From the NCBI GenBank assembly GCA_012295275.1, contig CM022668.1:992001-1056000 (forward strand): 64,000 nt of DNA, read 5' to 3'. Positions 57,501 to 64,000 of this stretch are shown here, one piece after another (the stretch's first letter is position 1; each line of letters begins with the position of its first letter). The position numbers and the translations under genes were made by a program. The notes under the pieces were generated by a model. That model worked only from the letters and a program-made list of their open reading frames with translations. It was not told the DNA's origin and searched no databases. Source of the stretch: Chrysomallon squamiferum (Eukaryota > Animalia > Mollusca).

Positions 57501-60500
57501 CACAAACTATGTACAAATGTTCAGTAAACAAATATACTAATATGTTTAATATAAATGTAAATAAATTATATTGGTTTGTCACTACAGATATTCCACTGCG
57601 TATGTTGGATGTTCACAATGACATCATCAGATTGAAGAGGATGATTGTTGAAGCTGTGTTTAGTTGGAACTCAAAGTGAGTATCTTGAAATAATCAAATC
57701 AGATACTACAATATATAATATGTAAAACATAACACAAAGAGTTTTGTAAAACTGTTACTTGGATACTTTTTGTTCCAGATTTAATGTTTTTTTAAATGTT
57801 TCCATAAATGTTTAATTTACATATCTGTACACATACATACATACTTATACACACACACACACACACACACACAAATAAATATACATACATACACACACAC
57901 ACACACACATATACATACATACATACATACATACATACATACATAAATACATAAACACTAAACTATTTCTTTCAAGAATGCATTGATTTAATAATACTCT
58001 AACAAATCACTAATTGTCAAAAATATTTTTGTTTCCATTTAAGAATTCAGGAATTTCTGACCGCACAGCAGAAGAAGATGAAACAGGCAACAAGTGCAAG
58101 GAAAGACAGAGACACACCTACCTCTTCTGTGGAAGATGCATGTCACATTTTGTTTACATATAATTCCTGTTCAAACAACTCTAAATTCTTATACCAGTCA
58201 TTTACTTTTTATTATTGTCAGGGGTTCACATCCAACCCTTTTTCGTCTTTTTTTAATGGATGAAGGGAGAAAAATTAATTTATCAATAAAGAATCTTAAC
58301 CTTTCTGACTATGTGTATATAAAACACAAACATGATTTTCTATTAGCCTCGTCAGCTTTACTTAGATAAATAATTAATCAGTGGTAACAGTTAAAGTATA
58401 ATTTTTTTTAACAGCCTTTATATTTTTATAAAAACTCGAAATACACATATCAGTTAACATTCCATATTATAATTTAACTTTATGTGTAAATCTCAACACA
58501 ATACTCTGTTTATCATAAAGTTATTTTTGTAAATCTATCATTTGTTACAACTCATTGTTATATAAATATCTAACAGACTGTGATATGGTCTAACATATGT
58601 GTATTATAAATATAGCTATTATCAGTGTTATAAATGTATCTGATATTATAGATCAGTATTGTAAATATATCTACATTATAAATTATATCTGTTTTGTAAA
58701 TATATCTGTATTATAAAATATATCAGTACAGTAAATACATCTGGTATGATATATTATAAATATAAATATATTATGGATATATCTTGTGTAACAAATCAGT
58801 GTTGTAAATTTGTTTTTTTTATAATATCTCACTAGTGTAAATATATCTGATACAGATGACACTGCTGCAAATCTGTTAATATATCAGTATATCTGTTCCA
58901 GTGTGATCATTCCATACCCAAAACAGATGAAAAAAACAGGAGCAATTCTGATCCACAACTTATTGATATTCCTAACATTCAGACATGTAAATAATTTATA
59001 CTTTATTTTTCATCTTATATTTAATATCAGTCTGTTTAAGGGAAGTTCTCAACAAAATGTGTAAGTGACTTTCTGTTATTATTTCATTTCAAAAATTGAT
59101 AAGGTTTTAATAGATAAATATTTTGGAAAATCGTGTTTGTATACTCTGTTATTATCTCTTTTAAGGCAAAGTTAGTTAATCTGAATTAGTGTTGTCAGAT
59201 AATCTAAGAAAATTTGGGATAATTTTAACAATTCTTGATGCTGACATTTTCATAAAGATTCGTCTGGGAATATGCAGTGGCAAAAATAAATAATAACAGA
59301 TTTTCAAAGTCAGGTTGTTTCTGAACAACTACTTTTTTACAGTATATGATTTCAAAAAATAATAATCTTCAGTTACTTCATTTAACTAAATGTTATTTTA
59401 CCCCTTAGGTACTCACTAAAACCAAGTACTGATCAGATTATTAAAAGTTTAATTAAAATCCTTTATATATATATATATATTTTGTTTGTTTTCAGCTGCA
59501 TCATCAGTGAGTTCATCCCCTTCTTTAGTGTCAGATAAATCATCATCTACTGCAAATGTGGAATCTGGTAAATTAATGTATTTATTCTTTTTCTATCTTA
59601 GAAGCTTGTTTTTTAATAATTCAGAAATAATTCAGTAGTTTGTTAAAATGGAAAGTATAATGGTAATTTTCATTAGTTTTTAAAACAGAAGAAACTTGGA
59701 GTTGAGATACAAGGTTATATGCTAAGTGAATTGCTTTTGATGAGAGAGAAATTATGTAACTTTTATTAGAAATGAAATACTTGCAAGTAAGCCGAACAGA
59801 CTCAGGTAAAGTTTCTTTCAGTAACAATTATAATTATTTCTAACTACAAATTTTTTATTGAAAGATGAAAGCTCTGTAATGTTGTAGATAGCTTTTACTT
59901 TCTAATGATAAACTGTATACATGGAGAAATTTGTACTTTTTAAATATAATTTTAGAGGATCAAACTGATGGACGTTCAGACAAACGAACTAGAAGGAACA
60001 TAATAGCCAGTTTCTGGGCTGTATCAAACTTTGTCCCTGTACCATCGCCTTTGTAAGTCTTTCATGCAAATATTCATTGTAATCTAGTTCAAAAGTTTAT
60101 TATAACAAATAACTAAATAACTGCAGAAATGTGATATAATTTTATTGTTATTTTTGCTACATATAAATTTTAAAATGATGTAAAATGAATGGGATTTTTG
60201 TGGTTGTTTATTTAATCTAATTATTATATAATATAACTTTATAAACTAGTTAATTAATTTAGTTACTATTAAAAACAAAGACATTCATGCTGTTTTATTA
60301 TTTAGTGACCATTTTAACAACTGTTTTAAACATTACATACCATTTTTCATGCAAGTGCTATTTGAAATAAAATAGGTAACATTAACTTTATAAATAATAG
60401 TTTACAAGGCATTAATATTAACACATTAAAATTTGTTTGGTGAATGTAATAACTAAAATATAGTATTAATATGGATATTCAAATGTACAAGTAAAACAAT

Positions 60501-62356
60501 TAACCTCTAATTTGTGTTTATTTATATTTTGTTAATGGTTAAAATAAAAATAAAAGGACATTTAACATATTTCTGGCTTGCAGCATTCAGTTAATGGTTT
60601 AGTGCAGACAAAGTGGCTGAGGAGAGAGAGGTCTAACCTTTAAAGCTTGTTTTAAACTGGATTATCTCTCTCTGTGTTACAAGACTTCCCTGTGGCTGGT
60701 CATAGCTTTGGCCAGTCAGCTCTGAGTGTTATGTAGCAAAACCTCAAGTGAATTTGAGATTATCAAATACAGTCTGAAATGGTGATTCGATTGTCAAATA
60801 AATGTTACACTAAAACAAAAATGTTTATAGTTACAACTTGATGCTGGTGCAATAATTTACATGCCAAAATACAATTCTATTTGAAAAATTAAATTCTCTT
60901 TGCTGATTTTAACTCATATAAGTGAGTTTTTCACTTGCTTAATGCACCTGGCTAGTTTATATTTTCTAATTTACAGTGACCCAGCTGAACACTATCTCCT
61001 TCCACCATCTAACAGAGTGCAAGTTGTTATATACGACTTTGAACCCAGCTCAGTTATTGCTTATGCTTTGAGGTAAATTCTTTATTTTTCTAATAATTCT
61101 ATTACCTTGGTTTAAATATGTCACTGAAATGTATCAGCAAAGTCTCTAAATATAATTTCAGTTGATATTTAGTTTGCGCACTGGTAACAGAACTAAAAGT
61201 AATAATAATTTCATTATTATGTTCTTTTAACTGCTTCTATACAATTTTGTCATATTGAACTAAGAACAAACAAAATCATATTATAGATTAGTTAAATAGT
61301 ATTATTTTGAATTAATTGAAATTCCTACAACAATTAGTTTGTTCATTATTTTTTAGTGGATCATATTTTTGTTAATGAACTTCATTACTTTAGAAAAATT
61401 TTATGCATAAGAACACCTGAAAATGTTGTATCCACTGCATTTTTTTCATTTCTTAGAATAGTAGCAAGGAAAATCTATATGAAATGAAAAAAAAAAAGGA
61501 TATTCATAACACAAGTTACCAGGATATATTTCAAGACTCTGTCTTAATTAGATACTAATTAAATGCTCACATAAATTTATATTATTTTTCAAACTTTGTA
61601 TTTTTCATTTAGATATAAAAAAATAAAAAAATGTGTTATATTATTTCAGTTGTTTTATTTACAGTTGTGTCTGCTCAGTTGATTCATTTTTGTTATGTCT
61701 GTTTTAATTATTTGTTACGACTTGTGTTAATTTTAGTTCCAGTGACTACCACACTCGACTAAGAGAAGTACAGTCTTGTCTTGGCTCTACAAGGTATGTT
61801 ATTTGATTTACAGTTAAGTAAAAAAATCAAGACTGTTAGGGGGTTATCCATAAAGTATATATGTAAAAAAAAAACCATCTAAATATTTTGTACCCTCTCA
61901 CCATTACAAACGAGACCTTCACAGTAGACCAAACCATCTATGTGCTGCACATTCTCTCTGGGAGGAGCTGTTATTGTTGTTTAATAATATACATATGTAC
62001 TATATTGAGGTGTCCCTTGTATTTATTTAATATGGTTATTATTTTTTCATTATATTATTGGTAGTATTTGTATTGATAGTATTAGTAATTTTAGCTGATG
62101 ATATTGTAATGGTAACAACAATTGAAGTAGTGATATACACATATTTAATTTGTAAATTAAATGCTGTTAATTAATTTTTAAAATATATATTTTAGGCAAA
62201 TGTATTTAGTTATTTAAAAGATTGGATGCAACATGTTAATTAAAACTATATAATTTCCATTAATCTTTATTTTCTTTACATTTTCTAGTTCATTGAAGAG
62301 TTCAACAAAGGGAGCTGAGTCTCAGACTGTCAGCGCTGAAACAGGTAAAGAAGGTG
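36040..62356 (+). CDS. PIKFYVE: 1-phosphatidylinositol 3-phosphate 5-kinase PIKfyve/Fab1 (3'-truncated; kinase domain not reached in the window)
   Basis: Phase-consistent exons: 36040-36157, 36475-36627, 37675-37799, 38188-38377, 38834-39041, 39314-39416, 39598-39755, 40075-40183, 40580-40700, 41142-41261, 42399-42476, 44221-44341, 47574-47754, 48201-48380, 49489-49629, 50102-50228, 51297-51391, 51628-52554, 52690-52833, 53558-53658, 53911-53982, 54864-55035, 55341-55519, 55706-55819, 56747-56855, 57108-57189, 57588-57675, 58044-58137, 58902-58986, 59496-59567, 59956-60052, 60977-61072, 61737-61793, 62289-62356. Motifs: FYVE (KQYWMPDSSCRECYNCGDKFTTFRRRHHCRICGQIFCSKCC), DEP (HRIRLRTYLSCIVGKDLVTWL), CCT-like (DIRKYIHIKKIPGG..KNIAHKKM..VEKSVSRLAQ), then DCLNPLNHQ, EFYGKNDITLGGFLERFCF, LSFAKFLELRF and EPSSVIAYAL. 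Confidence 0.97.
38188..38377 (+). CDS. PIKFYVE: PIKfyve exon encoding the core FYVE zinc finger
   Basis: WxxD motif (YWMPD) and RRRHHCRICG in frame between an AG acceptor and a GT donor. Confidence 0.95.
41299..42247. mobile_element. Non-autonomous Tc1/mariner-pogo-type element (MITE-like), about 950 bp, in a PIKfyve intron
   Basis: TA|CAGTGAAACTCCTCCAAACTGAA at the left and TTCAGTTTAGAGGAGTTTCACTA|TA at the right form a ~23-bp imperfect TIR with a TA target duplication. No transposase ORF inside. Confidence 0.8.
42537..42579. repeat. (TTA)n microsatellite preceded by (TTTA)n
   Basis: Direct reading of the sequence. Confidence 0.95.
45100..45730. repeat. ACT/TAC-rich low-complexity tract inside the transposon
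   Basis: Degenerate (CTA)n/(CCA)n; it explains the poly-Leu and poly-Val spurious ORFs. Confidence 0.85.
45776..46500 (+). pseudogene. Disrupted DDE-type transposase fragment
   Basis: NGCAGLYKNKNKFVNLCHHEEHFGLEGEWNFFVTSHGKSACDGIG, then a frameshift to GMVKRLLTKASLQ*, and later YVCCLYDYE*WFGLVEDISEEHGDFFICFMHPPEPSKLFHRPNEEDTYW. This fits the SDGCAxQYKN...HGKxxCDGxG transposase pattern. Confidence 0.85.
48492..49197. mobile_element. Second TA-flanked MITE-like element with related TIRs
   Basis: TA|AAGTGAAAATCCTCTAAATTGA at the left and TTCATTTAGAGTGTTTTCACTG|TA at the right. Confidence 0.6.
51628..52554 (+). CDS. PIKFYVE: Largest PIKfyve exon (927 nt): end of the CCT-like domain plus an acidic linker
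   Basis: Corresponds to ORF 51619-52566, bounded by TTTCAG| and |GTTAGT, phase 0 at both ends. Confidence 0.93.
57828..57955. repeat. Compound (CA)n/(CATA)n microsatellite
   Basis: Direct reading of the sequence. Confidence 0.9.
58555..58895. repeat. Degenerate minisatellite, unit of about 20 bp resembling (T)GTATTATAAATATATC
   Basis: Many diverged recurrences of TATAAATATATC(A/T)G just upstream of exon 58902. Confidence 0.6.
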
Positions 62357-64000
62357 GTAAGTAGTGTTAAAGAGATTTTTGTGTAAGGTTTTTAATGACA
62401 CAGAAAAAATTAACACATCTAACATTCTAATCACAGATTAAGAACAAACTAATCTGAATCAGAGAAAGTTCTTAAAATTATACTATGTCTAATGATTATA
62501 TTTCTTGAAAACAACTTTCTAAACATTTAAATATAAGATCATATATGATCTAATCATTTAATTTTTTTAATGATTAAATAATTTCTTCACTCAAATATTA
62601 AAGAAAACAAATTGTTGCCAGTAAGAACACTGTGTGCTTACAAGAAGTGCAAAATTACTTAATTTGCAGGATTTGTCAGAGTTCTGCTAACTTCACAGCA
62701 TATAACAAAAAGAAATTTTTTGTCTTTTAAAAACTGAAACACTTAAAAGTTTAACACTTGCTTTTTAAAACTAACATTTCTTAATATGTGAGGAAAGTCA
62801 AGAAAAGTGATGTTAAAATTTCCCTATGACACAACACTTATATTATTGTTAAACTTTAAAAGAGATTGATTATGTACTGAACAGCGCTGAAAATGTAGCA
62901 CCAGCTGATGATAACCTATGTGAAAGTATCAGCATTAAAAATGTCAATGAATAAGTACTGTACTACCTTGTAGACCATGCATGATAATGAATAATTTATA
63001 AAAAATGACAGCATAAAGTCATCCTGAAATATAACACAGGAATGGTATGAAAAACATAAATAAAATGTGCAAATGATACTCACTGGGCTACAAAAGATGG
63101 TATTTTCATTTATGAAGTAGTCTTTGAGGGAATACTAAACAAGTGACAGCTGAGGAACATGAATGTGTCTACGGCATGCTTCACATCTACATTTTGACTA
63201 GAATCACACACAGTGATGTGGATGCCATTTTCATAAATAGCTAGACTCCACAGGATTATATACCTGCAGACAGAAACCAACAACAACGTCCATTCTATTC
63301 TAACAAGATTGCCATATTGTTCTCATTCATATTCATGATCAAACACTGCTACCTGCCACCAGTTCTAGGTCAGTTATAACAACCAAACAGCACATCATGT
63401 TTGCTGTGGCAAAATGAACACCATTTACTATGAGGATAACATTTTGCAAAATAACATTGTTGTCTTTTTTCCTCAACAAAAACTTAGAGAAATGGAAATT
63501 CACCACAGCAGGAATGGAACACAAACTTACTGGATCAGTGATGTGTAGATGCAGACTGTGATAGTATGCTCTGTTGACTTTTCATTGTGATGTAGATAAA
63601 TAAAACTAATCTCTGATTGTACCACCCTTTTGGTTTGAGGTCATAATCCATCATCCATTTACTGCTCATGTATTTTCAAAATCCAAACATTTCTTGGTGG
63701 TTTATTTTCAGTGCTGCTCAGTATAGAAACAAATAACAATTACTGGAAAGTACATATGTTATGTATTTAGATGATTTATACCACAGAGGTTTATTTTAGT
63801 AAATTGTGATAATATTTACATTTTACGTGGCTAATCATTCTTTTGTACTTTCCCTTACTTTAATCCATGGTGAAGTCCTAAGTCACCTTAATTTTCTTCT
63901 TTTTTATTTCTTTTCTTTTTTCTTTCTTTTTTAAAAAGTATATCTCTTGGAAGTTGGAAGTGTCAATATATTTTGCTTCCATTTTTTGAACCATGATTTA

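Noticed and set aside
58555-58895. Regularly recurring motif superficially like a CRISPR array
   Set aside because: Eukaryotic intron, degenerate units, no unique spacers and no cas genes; it is an ordinary minisatellite.
63711-63750. Possible next PIKfyve exon after TTTTCAG at 63710
   Set aside because: The peptide (VLLSIETNNNYWK) is not recognisable and the donor is weak, so I did not include it in the model.

Overview
AT-rich eukaryotic (animal, probably gastropod mollusc) genomic DNA with GT-AG spliceosomal introns. It holds three protein-coding genes, which I spliced and translated by hand. (1) The 3' part of CDC27/APC3 (+, 14 exons visible, stop at 7538). (2) A complete CSRNP/AXUD1-family gene (-, CDS 20707->18342, with a probable non-coding first exon near 27104-27170). 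(3) The 5' part of PIKfyve/Fab1 (+, ATG 36040; FYVE, DEP, CCT-like and conserved Cys/His regions; the kinase domain lies beyond the window). Introns and intergenic DNA carry a decayed 2.66-kb TIR DNA transposon (probably Sola2-like), TA-flanked MITEs, a SINE-like fragment, a dispersed repeat and microsatellites. I found no convincing new multi-gene system. The best leads are an immediate-early-type CRE + Ets + CArG module upstream of CSRNP, an apparent 1-nt frameshift in CDC27 (likely an assembly error), two candidate 36-nt cassette exons and a probable GC-AG intron in PIKfyve, and a two-hairpin intronic element. Family assignments come from recalled motifs; no database search was run.
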